Assembly (NCBI GenBank): GCA_964291215.2
Contig: OZ219791.1
Location: 288,001-352,000 of the forward strand
Direction of reading: 5' to 3'
Origin: Alphaproteobacteria bacterium
Lineage (GTDB): Bacteria; Pseudomonadota; Alphaproteobacteria; MPNO01; UBA830
Length of the DNA: 64,000 bases
Made by a program: the position numbers and the translations under genes. The notes under the pieces were generated by a model. That model was not told where the DNA came from and did no database searches. It saw only the letters and a program-made list of their open reading frames with translations. This document shows positions 10,090 to 21,957 of the stretch, in pieces (the first letter of the stretch is position 1; each line of letters starts with the position of its first letter).

Positions 10090-11463
10090 TTCAAGAACGG
10101 CCACTCTGACACGGTTGTCCGCCGCCGATCGCGACAACAGAATGGTCCTAGTGCTGCGCCGGAGTTTCTTGCCACAAGATCGACGGCCTTTCTTACGACA
10201 GGACGTTCCTTTATCTCCTGGCGCCATTGCGTGACGTTGGAGAAGCCGTCGAGCGGTTGCCCCATGGCCTTCGCGATCAGAATCGATGGTCAGCTGGCCA
10301 TGTCGGCAATGGTGTAGTCCTCGCCGACGAGATAGGCGCGGTCGGCGAGGCGCCGTTCGAGGACGCCGATGCAGCGGTTGTATTCGTTGCCGTAACGGGT
10401 CCTCGAATAGGCCTCGTCGCCCGGCGCATAGTTGACGAAATGGCTGAACCGGTCGGCCATCGGACCGAGATTGCCGACCTGCCAGAAGAGCCGTTCGAGC
10501 GTCTCCTTGCGGCCGACGGGATCGTCGGGCAGGAAACGCCCGGCCTTGCGCGCGAGATGGAGGAGGATGACGCCCGACTCGAAGATCGGCAGCGGCTTGC
10601 TGCCGTATTCCGCCGGTAGATCGCGATCGACGATCGGTCGGCGGCAGGTGCTGCCGGCGCTCGCCGAGCGCGTGGGTCTCGAGCTTTCGCTGCCGCGGAG
10701 CGTCCCCGACCGTCGTGCCCGCCGTCCCGTCCGATGACGCTCGCCTGCCTGCTGCAGGATCTCGGCCCGGTCTCGCCGGTGGGCGGCACCGACGATCGCC
10801 GGCTCCGGGAGGCGATGATGGCGACGCACCACCCGCCGGGACGGGTGCCCCGGCGGCCAGATGCGCTACCGGGTTCACTCGCAGCACCACGGCACACGGG
10901 ATCGGCTTCGGGTCCGCAACCTGGCAGCTGCGGGCGCGGGACAAGTGGATGGTCTGCCGACGTCCGCGCCGCCAACATCAGGCGCGTGATCTGCCATCAA
11001 CGGTTTCTTCCCGGCGTCCGGGTCTGCGGGCTGGGGTCCTGCGCATGGCGGCGGAGCGCGTCGCCGACGACCGGGAGGCCCGCGGTGCGTCCGGTGGCGG
11101 CCTGTACCCATGTCGGCGTGGAGCGGTTACCGCTGCCACTGCGCCGGCTGGACCGTGGCCGGGCGGGGCAGCAAGGGGAGCGTCGGCATTCTTGCCGGTC
11201 TGGCGGTGACGCCGGAGGGCCGGCCCCCGGACCTGTTCACGATGGACGCAGCCTTCCGGCAGGAGCCCGGGGAGGACAGCCGGCGCCGGGCGGGCACGGG
11301 AGCCGGCATGCGGTTGTTGGGGCTGAGTGCAAGAAATTCGGGCATGAACTGTTCACCCTTGCCGATATTGACCGGGACCAGGCGGTAGTCGAGCCCGCAT
11401 TCCTCGAGCATGATGGCGACTTTCCAGCCGTTGGGTGTCGGCCAGTAGTAGAAGTCGATCATG
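10090..11463 (-). pseudogene. YfcG/YghU-like glutathione S-transferase, split by a foreign fragment and carrying a premature TGA
   Basis: N part MIDFYYWPTPNGWK..SPNNRMPA at about 11302-11463; C part IVDRD..IFESGVIL..YTIADMAS* below 10635. Confidence 0.8.
10636..11301 (+). mobile_element. End-less internal fragment of a DUF4338/IS4-like transposase
   Basis: GFGSATWQLRARDKW..WSADVRAANIRRVICHQRFLPGVRV resembles DUF4338; no IRs or TSD seen. Confidence 0.55.
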
Positions 11464-13624
11464 CGCCGTTGTCCCCGCCGGCGACCGCCGCGGTGCCGTT
11501 CTCGATCATGCAGGTGGCTTCGGTCTTCGAGAATCCGGCCTCGGCCAGGATCTCCCTGGTGTGCTCGCCGAGGTCCGGGCCTTTCAAACTGCGGGCACGC
11601 AGGTCGGTCTCCGCCATTTCGATTCACGGACACCTGACTGGTTCGCCGGCGCGTTGTGCTCCGCCGACGCCACCCGTCACGGTCTGGCTCGCGAGCTTTG
11701 CGAGCGCACCGGCTGGCGCAACGCGCCTGGTCGTCCATGCCTCTCGCGGCGGCCTGCCCGGACACGCGGGTGGTCTGCGACCGCGAGGGCGACTTCCGGG
11801 AGCTGCATGCCGTGGACGCCGGGACCGCACTGCTGGTGCGCGCGAGACAGCGCGTGCGGACGGCAACGAGGAGTGCCTGCGGGAGCATGTCGCGGCCCGT
11901 GACGGAGCTGACGGTCCCGGCGGCCCGCGCGCCCGCAAGGAGCGCGTTGTCCGTCTCGAGATCCGCACAGGTGGCGCCGCCGCACCGCGAGGGCGACGCC
12001 TGTGTCCATGTTCGCGGCCAGCGAGACGGCGACGAGGCGCTGCTGACCACCGAACGCCCGGCGCAAGCGGAGGCCGTGCACGCGGCGACCGGCTGGTACC
12101 GGACGCGCATCGAGAGCTGGTTCCGCACGCTGAAGACCCGGATCAAGGACCGCCGGCGGGCCGACGACCTGAAGAAGTGCCTCGCCGTCCATGTCCTGAC
12201 CGTCCTTGCGCGGGAGCATCCCTCGACCCCGGCGAGCGAGGTGTTTGCGGAGGAGGACATCGACCTGCTCCACACGCTGCCGGAAGCGCAGGGTCATCGC
12301 AACGTCGTGAGGATGGCGGACGGGAAGGCGCCCGACATCAGGGCGGTGGTCATCGATCTCGGACGCCTCGTCGGATCGCATCTTGCCGCGCGGCCATCGC
12401 TCCCGGGAACGAAGAAGGTCTGGCGGGGTCTCGAGCGGCGGCACTGGGCGATCCAGGTGCGCGACGCACTCGGCGAGAGAAGGCGGGAATGAGATGCCTG
12501 TACAAGTGTGGGATGTTGAAAGGGTCCGGGCCGCCCATGCGCACAGATGTCGGCGTCGTTGAAAAACGCGCGGCCGGCCGGGCCTGGCGGATGCGTCCGG
12601 CCAGCGCGTGTTCGATTTCTATGACGACGCCGTTGGCTTCCGTCTGAGGATGGGCTATCGCCTCGCGGCGTATTAGTACGGGCGCGCACGAGACATCTTC
12701 GGCTTCGAGCCGCACAAGGTACTCGTCGGTGCCCAGCGTGCGCAGCGCGTCCTGCGTCAGCTGCAGCCGTTCGTCGATGTTCTTCTGGCGCAGAGCCGGC
12801 GTGCGGAACCGCGGATCGTCGGGCCATTGCGGCCTGTTCAGCGCCCGCGCCAGCGCCGCCCATTCCCGGTCGCTCTGCACCGCGACACTGATATGGCCGT
12901 CCGCGGTCTCGTAGATCAGGTCGATGAAGCTCGCGGCCCGAGCCTGCGGAAACGGATTGTCCACGAAAGTCTGGGCAGCCATGTCGGAACCCCAGAGAAA
13001 GGCGATGATGGTATCGAGCATGGAGAGGCGGACATGCTGGCCCTCTCAGGTGCGTTCGCGTGCCAGCAAGGCGGCGGTAATCGATTGCGCGGCCGCCATT
13101 CCCGTCAGTTTGTCGGGGAGGGTCGTGCGCACCAGGCGCGGGCGTTCTCCGTCTGACCCGGCCTGGATGGTGGTCAGTCCCGAGAGGGCCTGGACCAGCG
13201 GATCGTAGACGGGCTTGGTCGCGTAGGGCCCCTCGAAACCGAATCCGCAAATCGACACGTAGATGATTCCAGACGCCGCCTCGCCGATCAGTGCTTCGCC
13301 GATGCCCATGCGCTCGGCGACGCCCGGCTGGAAATTCTGGATGAACACGTCGGCGCCAGCAGCCAGCCGCATCAACGCCGCGATGCCCTCCGGGCGCTTG
13401 AGACTGAGCACGATCGAGCGCTTGTTGCGGTTGTTGTTGAGGAAGTTTGCGGAAAACCCGTTCCACGTGTTGGTCGAGGCGCACGTGTGGTCGCCGCCGG
13501 CCGGGTTCTCGACCTTGATGACGTCCGAACCCTGATCGACCAGCAGCATCGTGGCCGATGGCCCGGAGACCATCGAGGTCACGTCGACGATCCGGACACC
13601 GTGCAGCGGTCCGTGTGCAGGCAT
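11460..13624 (-). pseudogene. CaiB/BaiF family CoA-transferase, frameshifted near 13045 and interrupted by the IS4 element
   Basis: GPLHGVRIVDVT..SGPSAT..VIKVE..NRNKRSI..; the C-terminus GPDLGEHTREIL resumes below 11580. Confidence 0.8.
11581..12522 (+). mobile_element. Internally deleted IS4-family (IS50/Tn5-like) element with a DUF4338-type N-terminus
   Basis: Ends CTTTCAA and TTGAAAG; 9-bp TSD GGTCCGGGC at 11572-11580 and 12523-12531; VCDREGD, LLTT, WYRTRIESWFRTLKT. Confidence 0.8.
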
Positions 13625-14604
13625 CACATTCTCCGTCGGTCCGCGCCGCCGTGACGGCCGGCTCGCCGGCCGGCCTCCTCGCGGAGGATGCGCGGCAGCA
13701 CACCGTAGCGCGGTGCGCCGATCATTGCCACAAGCTGCAGAAGCCCCGCTACCACGGCAATCATCCCGGCGGCGCTCAGCGAATGCGGACTGTTCCAGAG
13801 TTGCGGTCCGAACGCCGCCAGCGCGTAGCCGACAACAGCGGCGGCCGCGGCGAAGGCCGCGCTCAGCCATACCTGGCGCGAGAGCCTGTCGGTCAGCATG
13901 CGCGCGGTCGCCGGCGGGCAAACGAACATGGCGATGACGAGGATCGATCCCACCGCCTCGAATGCGGCTACCGCAGCGATGGCGGTGACGACGATCAGCG
14001 CTACCGAGATCGTGCCGACCGGAAGCCCGAGCGCAGCGGCAAGGCCGGGATCGAAAGTCGAAACGCCGAGTTCCTTGAAAAAAAGAACGACGAGGACGGC
14101 GATGAACGCCATGACGGCGGCGATGAAGACAAGCTGGCGCGGCAGTTCGCCAAGGGCGGACGGATTGACGAGATCGGCCCATTCGGTCGCTGCCAGCCAC
14201 AGGGCAGACTCGAGATTGCCGAAGAGCACATGCTCAGCGTCGAGATGCACGTTCGACGCCCCGGTCTGTTCAAGAAGCACAATTCCGACGGCGAACATGA
14301 CGGTGAACACGACACCCATCGCGGCACCCGCCTCAAGCCGTCCGATCCTGCGGATTGCTGCGATCAGCAGGGTTGTGAGCACGGCCGCGCCCATCGCGCC
14401 GAGCGTGAGCGCCGGTGCCCACATCGTCCCCGCCATGAGAAAACCGACCACTATTCCCGGCAGGACGACATGGGCGATGGCGTCGCCGAGGAGCGCTTGG
14501 CGGCGCAGGACGAGAAAATTGCCGAGAACGGCGCAGGCGATGGCAGCGCAACAGGCCAGCAACGCGGCCGGGAGGTCGATGGTCAGGAACTCCGCCTTGG
14601 TCAT
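13624..14604 (-). CDS. Mn/Zn/Fe ABC permease, TroD-like
   Basis: FLVLRRQALLGDAIAHVVLPG, LFGNL, FFKEL..FDPGLA. Confidence 0.9.
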   Translation of the reverse strand: MTKAEFLTIDLPAALLACCAAIACAVLGNFLVLRRQALLGDAIAHVVLPGIVVGFLMAGTMWAPALTLGAMGAAVLTTLLIAAIRRIGRLEAGAAMGVVFTVMFAVGIVLLEQTGASNVHLDAEHVLFGNLESALWLAATEWADLVNPSALGELPRQLVFIAAVMAFIAVLVVLFFKELGVSTFDPGLAAALGLPVGTISVALIVVTAIAAVAAFEAVGSILVIAMFVCPPATARMLTDRLSRQVWLSAAFAAAAAVVGYALAAFGPQLWNSPHSLSAAGMIAVVAGLLQLVAMIGAPRYGVLPRILREEAGRRAGRHGGADRRRM

Positions 14605-15605
14605 GTCGCCGTCCGGTCCGATCCGGGCGCGGGCGACTGCGGCGGGAGGCGGCTGCGGCGCGGAGTCCGCGCGAGAAGGCTGCGCACCGGGGAGAGAATC
14701 AGGCTGATGGCGAAGATCGCGCCAGCCGCGACGACGATCATCGATCCCGCCGGTACGTTCGGAAACACGGCCGAGGCCGTCCCCCCGATCCAGCCCGCAA
14801 GTCCGCCGAACGCGCCGGAAAGCGCGACCATGCGGCCCAACCTGTCGGTCCAGAGGTGGGCGGTGCAGGGCGGAATGATGACGAGAGCGAGGATCAGTAC
14901 CAGGCCGACGGTCCTCAGCCCGGTCACGATGACGACCAGGAGAAGGCCGAGCATGATCAAATCGATTCGCGCCACGTTCCAGCCGCTAGCGGCGGCAAAG
15001 GCCTCGTCGAACGCGACGGCGCGGAACTCCTTCAGGAGGAGCCCGACGATAGCGACAGTAGCCAGCGACGCGCAGCTGATGAACCAGGCCTCGCCGGCGC
15101 TGAGGGTTGCGGTCGAGCCGAGGAGGAAGCTGTTGAGCCCGGCCTGGCCGCCGGTCCCGAGGGCCTGGATGTGGCTGAGCAGCACGATGCCGAGACCGAA
15201 GAAGACACTGAGAACCGAGCCGATCGCGGTGTCCTCGGTGAGGCGGGTATGGTCGCGGATCCACTGGATCGCGAGGAGGCCGAGGATCCCGGTCGTGGCG
15301 GCGCCCGGGATGATGAGCGCCAGGTTCTTTCCGCTGCCGCCGAGGGCGAGACCGGCAAGGAAGCCGAGCGCGACGCCGGGGAGGGTGGCATGACTTATCG
15401 CGTCCGAAACCAGCGCCCGCCGGCGCAGGAACGGGAAGACTCCGGCGACGCCGGCGCCGATGCCGAGCGCGACGACCCCGGCCAGAACTACGGAACTGTT
15501 GTAGCCGACCGAGAAGATCAGGACCGCGAGCGTTTCGCCGGCCGGCAAGGTTTCAGATTCCGCCGACGGCCGCGCGAATTTCCGGCGCGGCGAGGCGCCC
15601 GCCAT
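14601..15605 (-). CDS. Mn/Zn/Fe ABC permease, TroC-like
   Basis: LRRRALVSDAISHATLPG, EDTAIG, KEFRAVAFD. Confidence 0.9.
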   Translation of the reverse strand: MAGASPRRKFARPSAESETLPAGETLAVLIFSVGYNSSVVLAGVVALGIGAGVAGVFPFLRRRALVSDAISHATLPGVALGFLAGLALGGSGKNLALIIPGAATTGILGLLAIQWIRDHTRLTEDTAIGSVLSVFFGLGIVLLSHIQALGTGGQAGLNSFLLGSTATLSAGEAWFISCASLATVAIVGLLLKEFRAVAFDEAFAAASGWNVARIDLIMLGLLLVVIVTGLRTVGLVLILALVIIPPCTAHLWTDRLGRMVALSGAFGGLAGWIGGTASAVFPNVPAGSMIVVAAGAIFAISLILSPVRSLLARTPRRSRLPPQSPAPGSDRTAT

Positions 15606-16353
15606 AGGCCGCCTGCAGCACGCTTTCGGTCAGCGCCTCGTCGATGTCTCCGACGGCTACCGGCCGCACGTTGAGGACGAGCGCGTGCCCGAAATACTCC
15701 CCGATTGTCTGGAGATCATGGTGAACGCAGACGACGGCGGCGCCGGCATCCCGCAGTTCGTTCATCACGTCGACGATAACCCGCTCGGTGGCGGCGTCGA
15801 TGCCCGCAAAGGGCTCGTCCATCAGATAGAGGCGGGCGTCCTGGGCAAGCGCCCGGGCAAGGAAGACGCGCTGGCGCTGGCCGCCGGAGAGCTGGCCTAT
15901 CTGGCGGCCGGCGAAGTCCGCCATGCCCATGCGGTCGAGATGTGCGCGCGCCGCCTCGCGGTGGCGCCGCCGCACCGGTCGGCACCATCCGATCCGGCGG
16001 TAGAGGCCCATGGCGACAACATCGAGCGCCGATGCGGGGAAATCCCAGTCAACGCTGCTGTGCTGCGGAACATAGGCGACATCGCCCCGCGACGGCCGCA
16101 GGTCGCGCCCGTAGACGCGGACTGTGCCGGCGAGCCGCGGAACCAGCCCGAGCACGGACCTGAGCAGCGTGGTCTTGCCGGCTCCGTTTGGCCCGATGAC
16201 CGCCGACAAGGTGCGGCCGGGCACATCGTAGTCGACGTCCCAGAGCGCCGGCGTGCCCTGGTAGGCCACGGTCAGCCCGCGGATCGAGAGCGCCGCGGGA
16301 ACAGCCGAAAGCTCCCGGACTTCGCCGCCGCCGACTGGGCGCGGCGGGTTCAT
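15553..16353 (-). CDS. Metal ABC ATP-binding protein, TroB-like
   Basis: GPNGAGKT, LSGGQRQR, YLMDEPF, VHHDL. Confidence 0.9.
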   Translation of the reverse strand: MNPPRPVGGGEVRELSAVPAALSIRGLTVAYQGTPALWDVDYDVPGRTLSAVIGPNGAGKTTLLRSVLGLVPRLAGTVRVYGRDLRPSRGDVAYVPQHSSVDWDFPASALDVVAMGLYRRIGWCRPVRRRHREAARAHLDRMGMADFAGRQIGQLSGGQRQRVFLARALAQDARLYLMDEPFAGIDAATERVIVDVMNELRDAGAAVVCVHHDLQTIGEYFGHALVLNVRPVAVGDIDEALTESVLQAAYGGRLAAPEIRAAVGGI

Positions 16354-17312
16354 GGTGCGGCCCAGCCGGCGGTCTGCCGCGAAGCAGGCCGCGCTGGCAT
16401 GACACCGCCCAGCGCGCGGACGATCGTCCGGACATTGTGATCGAACATACCGAGCCAGGTTCCCGTTTTCCGCCCGCGGGGTCCCAGGGCGTCGGAAAAC
16501 AGCGTGCCGCCGATCACGACCCGGTGCTGCCGCGCTGCTGCGCCGGCGATGAGCGCGTTGACGCTGCGCGCGGACACGCTAGTCTCGACGAACACGGCCG
16601 CGATCCGCCGGCGGGCGAGGATGTCCGCGAGTTCCTCAATGCGCCGCAGCCCGGGTTCGCTTTCCGTGCTGGCCCCCTGCACCGCGAGGACATCGATGCC
16701 GTAGGCGCGTCCGAAGTAGCCGAAGGCGTCATGCGCGGTGACCAGTGCGCGCGCGTGATCCGGGATGGAGGCCAGCGCCTCGCGGGCGCGGAGGTCGGCT
16801 TCCGACATCCGCGAGAAATACGCGTTCGCCCGGCGTCGGTAGAAGGCGGCGTTCGGCGGATCGAGCGCTGCCAGCGCGTTCACCGCCGCCCCGAGCGCGC
16901 GTTTCCAGAGCGCCGGGTTCATCCAGACATGCGGATCGTAGGCCTTTCCGCCGATCGGGATTAGGTCGCTCGGCGGCAGCGACTCGGCGATCGCAACGAC
17001 CGGTTTGCGGCGCGCAAACCGGGCCATCATATCCTCCATCTGGGCTTCCAGATGAAGGCCGTTATAGACGATCAGCCGGGCTCGGTTCAGCCGCACGATG
17101 TCCGAGCGCGTCAGCCGGTAGAGATGCGGATCAACGCCCGGCCCCATCAGCGTTTCGACCTTGGCATGGCCGCTGGCGATGCGGGCCAGGGGTTCGCCGA
17201 TCTGGCCGATCGTGGCGACCACCGTCGCCGGCATTGCCCAAGAGGCCGAAGGAGCCGCCGCCACGAAAAGCGCGACGGCGAGCGCGCCACATGTCCATCC
17301 TGCTGCTCCCAT
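16350..17312 (-). CDS. Metal ABC substrate-binding protein, TroA-like
   Basis: MGPGVDPHLY, NGLHLE, DPHVW, TAHDAFGYF, FSDAL. Confidence 0.92.
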   Translation of the reverse strand: MGAAGWTCGALAVALFVAAAPSASWAMPATVVATIGQIGEPLARIASGHAKVETLMGPGVDPHLYRLTRSDIVRLNRARLIVYNGLHLEAQMEDMMARFARRKPVVAIAESLPPSDLIPIGGKAYDPHVWMNPALWKRALGAAVNALAALDPPNAAFYRRRANAYFSRMSEADLRAREALASIPDHARALVTAHDAFGYFGRAYGIDVLAVQGASTESEPGLRRIEELADILARRRIAAVFVETSVSARSVNALIAGAAARQHRVVIGGTLFSDALGPRGRKTGTWLGMFDHNVRTIVRALGGVMPARPASRQTAGWAAP

Positions 17313-17407
17313 AGGGTCCGTCCAGCCTCGCCCAAGTCTTCGCAGCGAAGCATACGGCCCCGCGTAATCTTTGCAAGCACTAGATTATTGAATTTTAGCT
17401 AATATTC

Positions 17408-17421
17408 TTAGCATCAACTAA
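17408..17421. promoter_or_regulatory. Candidate DtxR/MntR-type operator upstream of the metal ABC operon
   Basis: TTAG-N6-CTAA palindrome in an AT-rich patch about 100 nt upstream of the troA-like start. Confidence 0.3.
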
Positions 17422-17474
17422 CTTTTACGTGCTCGCCGCGGCCGCACGCGTGAGCGGGAAAAGCAAAAAACAGC

Positions 17475-17521
17475 GTAACTGCTCACCCCCTGGTTCCGGC
17501 TTGATGTCGGGGTAGAGCAAC
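17475..17521 (+). mobile_element. Isolated left end of the IS66-MTase element (copy C)
   Basis: 47 nt nearly identical to the sequence starting at 1842. Confidence 0.85.
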
Positions 17522-18039
17522 GCGGAATGGACCGGGTGCTCGTCTTGTGGGGCGGACGGCCTTGCGCGGATGGTGGCCTTCAATGTCCACCGCGTCGGCC
17601 TGCTGCTGCACGGGCAGGTCCGGCCCCAACGATGATGCGCCGCGGCGGCTCCCATCGACCTCAGCCGCGAAGCCCGCCCGGGAGCGGGAACACGTTTGCG
17701 GATTCCCGGCTGGAGGAGCCCCGATAGCGCCGCGAATGAGCAGGACTTCTGCCGGAAACCGAGGGCCGATCGAACCCGAAGTTCCGCCGGAGGGTCGGTC
17801 AAGACGATCATTCCCGCGCGGGCACGAGTTTACGGTGTCCAGTTGAAAGGCCTCGAGCGGCGTGGTGAAACCGTGACGCACGGGACGGCCGCACCGACCG
17901 GGAGCGGTTCGGTGCAGGGATCCGGGATGGGGGCGTTTCGTGGTGTCGGGCAGGCGTTCGCAGGCGCCGCTCACCCCAAGTTGGCACTTTTTGCGGCCTG
18001 GAATTTTTATCACGTTGCGCGATTTTTTTGCTCCCCACT

Positions 18040-18402
18040 TCCAGTCTGAAGTGCAACACCCCTCTGCCCCTCTCGATTCCGCCTGGGAACAGCTTCAGTT
18101 CCTTCAACATCGAGCTTATGCAACGCCTTTGTCGGCTTCAAGCCACTAATTCGTCGTCGCGCGGCATGGACCCTGCTGCACGTTGCGGCTTCGGAACGCA
18201 GATGGTCAGGGCGGTTTCACTTCAAGGTCGAACATTACCTCCGTAGGCGATCCCGGGACTTTCCGAGTGTTGAGCCGATCCTGCACCTTCTGAACATCTT
18301 CGTTGCATATCGCGCGAAAGTCCGTGCCCTTCGGGAAGTACTCCCGCACCAGGCCGTTGGTGTGCTCATTCAAGCCGCGCTCCCAAGAATGGAAAGGCGA
18401 AC
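18040..18402 (-). mobile_element. IS30-family remnants
   Basis: SWERGLNEHTNGLVREYFPKGTDF..QDRLNTR; GTTGCACTTCAGACTGG-type end near 18041-18058. Confidence 0.7.
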
Positions 18403-19950
18403 GTATCTACTCACCCCTAGTTGGGTTCTGATTGGTCGTAGTGCTCGTTGATGATGTCTGCGGCTTTTCCGTCGAGGGCGATCTGGGTGGCGACGTGATG
18501 ATTGTAGCCGAGTGCGGCCATGGAGGTGAGGTAGCTTGAGCCCCGGCACCATGCTTTTGCGTGGAGCGGAAGCATCCGGACACCTTGACCTTTGCCATCC
18601 TGATCTTCTGTTCTCCGGCATTGTTGGTGAAGCTGACGTCGGGGTTGTCTATGAAGCGCAGGTTTTCGTGTTTCACGAGACGTTCGTGCAGGTTGTGCGC
18701 GTTTGCTATGCGTCCACGTTTTCCTTTCGTCGGGATGTCGGGCAGTTCCTTGGCGCCCTGATGGTGCGGTAGCGCTTGTGCACGGCCCGGCGTCGTTCAG
18801 GGTCTTGGATGCGCTGTTGTTGATCTTGTGGCAGACCTCGCGGAGCAGGCTCTTCATCAGTCGCGCGGTAGCCTCGACGACAAAGGTCAGTTCGCGCAGC
18901 AGGTGGCTGCCGCACAGCTGGTGGCTACACTGGCCCATGTACGAGGCCCAGGACGCCCTTGTAGCACGGGCCGATCTCTTGCCTCCCGGCCGCGCTTGCG
19001 GTGCGGGAACTTGCACGTCAGGGTCCCACGACATGAAGCCACTTACTGTTGATCCGAAATCGTCGACATCGGGCGTTGCAGGAGGTGCGCCACGGCGGCC
19101 TCCTCCCATGACGCATCGTGAAAGCATAGCTGAGGCAGGTTGCCTCGGAGAGCTTGATGCCGGAGATCGCCTGCACGAGCGCGACAGCACGGCGCAGGGA
19201 CAGCATCTGGGCGACCAGCAGGTTGATGACGAGGGCCTGGATGCCGATGCCGTACTGCACGGGATGTTGTCGGGGAACCGGCCCCGGGCCTTGCACTTCG
19301 GGCATTCCTTGATCTCGGCGCGGCGCTCGACGACCTCGAACACGATGTCGTGCGGCGCTCCCGATCGACGGGGCCGTCGATGTCAGCGCCGCAGGCGTCG
19401 CAGGCCGCGACCGTCTCCTCGACGATGGTCTTGCGCAGGTTGTCGCCCATCTGCCGGTTCGGCTTCGGGCCCTTGCTCCCGGCACGCTCTTGTCCGTCTG
19501 TGACGGCGGCAGACCGGAGTTCCGGCTCGTGCGTGGTCTTCTCCAGAAGGACGACGATGAGGATGTCGAGCAGGATGACGAAGACGCGGATCACGGCCTC
19601 TTTCGGCACCTTGCCGGCAGCGCCACGGTCTTGGCCGCTTCGAACTCCTCGCGCGCCGCGTTGACCGTCGCCATCACCCGACCTCGACGGTCATGATCGT
19701 CGCGAGCATCGCCTGGCGCTCGCCCGGCCGCATCTTCCGGTACTCCGCCGCCCGGCCTTGTGCTTCATCAGCGCGCCGCCTCCGATGGCACAGCCCGCTC
19801 GTCGCCTTCGATCCAAAGTAGCTCACTGCCGGTCCCCGTCGTTCTCGATAACCACCACTAAACGAATCGGCATGCAGTGTCAAATCTCCACGAAAACCCG
19901 TTCGTTGCTCTACCCCGACATCAAGCCGGAACCAAGGGGTGAGCAGTTAC
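18403..19950 (-). mobile_element. IS66-MTase element copy D: both IRs, MTase internally deleted, no TSD
   Basis: Both ends match copy A; the flanks AGGCGAAC and GTCCTGAT differ. Confidence 0.88.
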
Positions 19951-20180
19951 GTCCTGATAAACATGTTGTCTGGAGCCTTTTGTGTTGACGAGGCTTCAGA
20001 TATACCGGGTTTGGCGGCGGGATCGAGCGAATCGGCAATATTCTGGCACTACAGCGCCCACCCCGGACGCGCAATCAGAAATATAGTGGGTTCAAGAACA
20101 AGGACAACAATATATAGCATATCGAACGGAGCGGCCGCATAAATTTCCCCTTCAACTGACGCAAAAAGTGCCAACTTGGG

Positions 20181-21728
20181 TCACGCGGCCCCGGCGCGGA
20201 TATCGAGAAGGTTGCGCGCCTCGCAGGCCACGGCGATCAGGTGGACCGGGCCGTTGTGGTCGCGCCAAGTCTCCGCATAGCCCCGCTCGCGCATCTGCGC
20301 CATCGCCGCATCCAGCGCGGCGGCGCCGTCCTCCTCGCCGTCGGCCATCTTGAACCCCAGCACGAAGACCTGCCCGCCGAGACGCACCACCATGTCCGCA
20401 CGGCCGCGATGCGAGGCCTCCTCCACGCCGAGGTCCACCCCGACAGAGCGCAGGCACATGTAGAGAAGGCTCGCATACCAGGCCTCGTAGCGCGCCAGGT
20501 CGCCCCTGGCATGCCACTGGTAGGGAATGCCCGCGAGCCAGGCGCGGAGTTTCTCGCCGAAGCCCGCGAAGTCGTTCGCCTCCAGCAGCGCGCAGAGTTC
20601 CCGCCCCCTCTCCAGCGGCCCCCTTCTTGCCCAGCCAGGCGAGCAGTCCGCGGTTCAGGCTGATCCGGACCTCGAGGTTGGGATAGTCCAGCCGGTAGAG
20701 GGCGTCGAAGTCATCCTGCTCCTCCTCGGCGATGGTCAGGTAGCCGGTCTGGAAGAGCAGCGCCTCGATGTCGATGTCGCCGACATCGAACTTCGAGACC
20801 AGAGACATGTCCGCCAGCCGCCCCTCCAGTTCCATCGGGCTCACCGACTTCTCCATCAGCGTCCGGAACAGGAAGTCCGGCGATCCGGTCCCGAACCAGT
20901 AGGGGCGGAACTCGCGGCTGTCGAGCAGCAGGAGCACATCGTAGGGATTGTAGACCCGTTCCCCGCCCCGCCAGTGGTAGCCGTTGTACCAGGTGCGGAC
21001 CTTCTCGCGGTCCAGTCCTGCCAGTTCAGGGCCGAACACCCGGTCCAGATCCTCCTCGCGGTAGCCGCAGATCGTGGCAAAGCGCGGGTCGAGGCTGATG
21101 TCCTTCAGATTGTTGAGACCCGAGAACAGGCTGACCTTGGAGAACATGCTGACGCCGGTGACGAAGACGAAACGGACATGTTCGGCGCTGCCCTTGACGA
21201 TGCCGTAGAAGCCGCGCAGGTAGTCCCGGTTGGCCGTCGCAAGCTCCGGATCGTGGAGCATGTCGAGGATCGGCTTGTCGTACTCGTCCACCAGCACCAC
21301 CACCTGCCGCCCGGTGGCGCAACGCAGGTGATAGAGGACATTCTGCAAACGCTCCGGACCCGTGCTCGCGGCCGGTACCTTGTCGAGGCCGGCGCGATGT
21401 TCGATGATCGCCAACTGGTTGAGGATGTTGCGCTCGATGTCCCCGGGTTCGTTGTACTTCCCGTCGAAGCTCAGCCGCACCGCGGCGCCGACCAGTCCCA
21501 GTGGGGGTGGATGTCCAGTCCCCGGAACAGGGGTTCGTGACAGGCAAACAGCGATCCCAGCGTGTCGAGCAGCAGGCTCTTGCCGAAGCGGCGCGGACGG
21601 GACAGGAAGTAGTAGTCGCCCTGCTCGACCAGATCCCGGATGAGCGGGGTCTTGTCGACATAGTAGCTGCCGGTCTCCCGGAGGCGCCGGAAGTCCTGGA
21701 TCCCGATCGGAAGACGGCGGCGGGTCAT
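20181..21728 (-). pseudogene. AAA-ATPase-like plus C-terminal PD-(D/E)XK (PDDEXK_9-type) protein, frameshifted
   Basis: LPIGIQDF..YYVDKT..LSRPRRFGKSL, VLVDEYDKP, FVTGVSMFSKVSLFSGLNNL, GRADMV..FKM..AMAQMRERGY. Confidence 0.85.
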
Positions 21729-21957
21729 CGGTCTCTCCTTTCGCGGCGCCGGCACCTGCGGCAGGGCGCGCGGAACCTTCCTTGCCGAGGCCGTCCCGGA
21801 ACAGCCGTATCGAACGCACGGCCACGCTATCCGTCTGCCTGTCCATGAGCAAGGGGCGAAGGACAGGGCCGCGACAGGGAGTGCCTGCAACCCGAAACCC
21901 CGTCAGGCCTTCAGGACTTCGGTCGACCCCGTCCGAGGGAGGAGGGGGGGAGGACGA

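Noticed and set aside
10290-10292. TGA in the GST as selenocysteine or recoding
   Set aside because: It falls at a usual Trp position in a gene that is already split, so a TGG-to-TGA nonsense change is simpler.
10636-11301. Druantia defence system
   Set aside because: Only DUF4338-like fragments tied to transposases are present; there is no DruE-type helicase or other dru gene.
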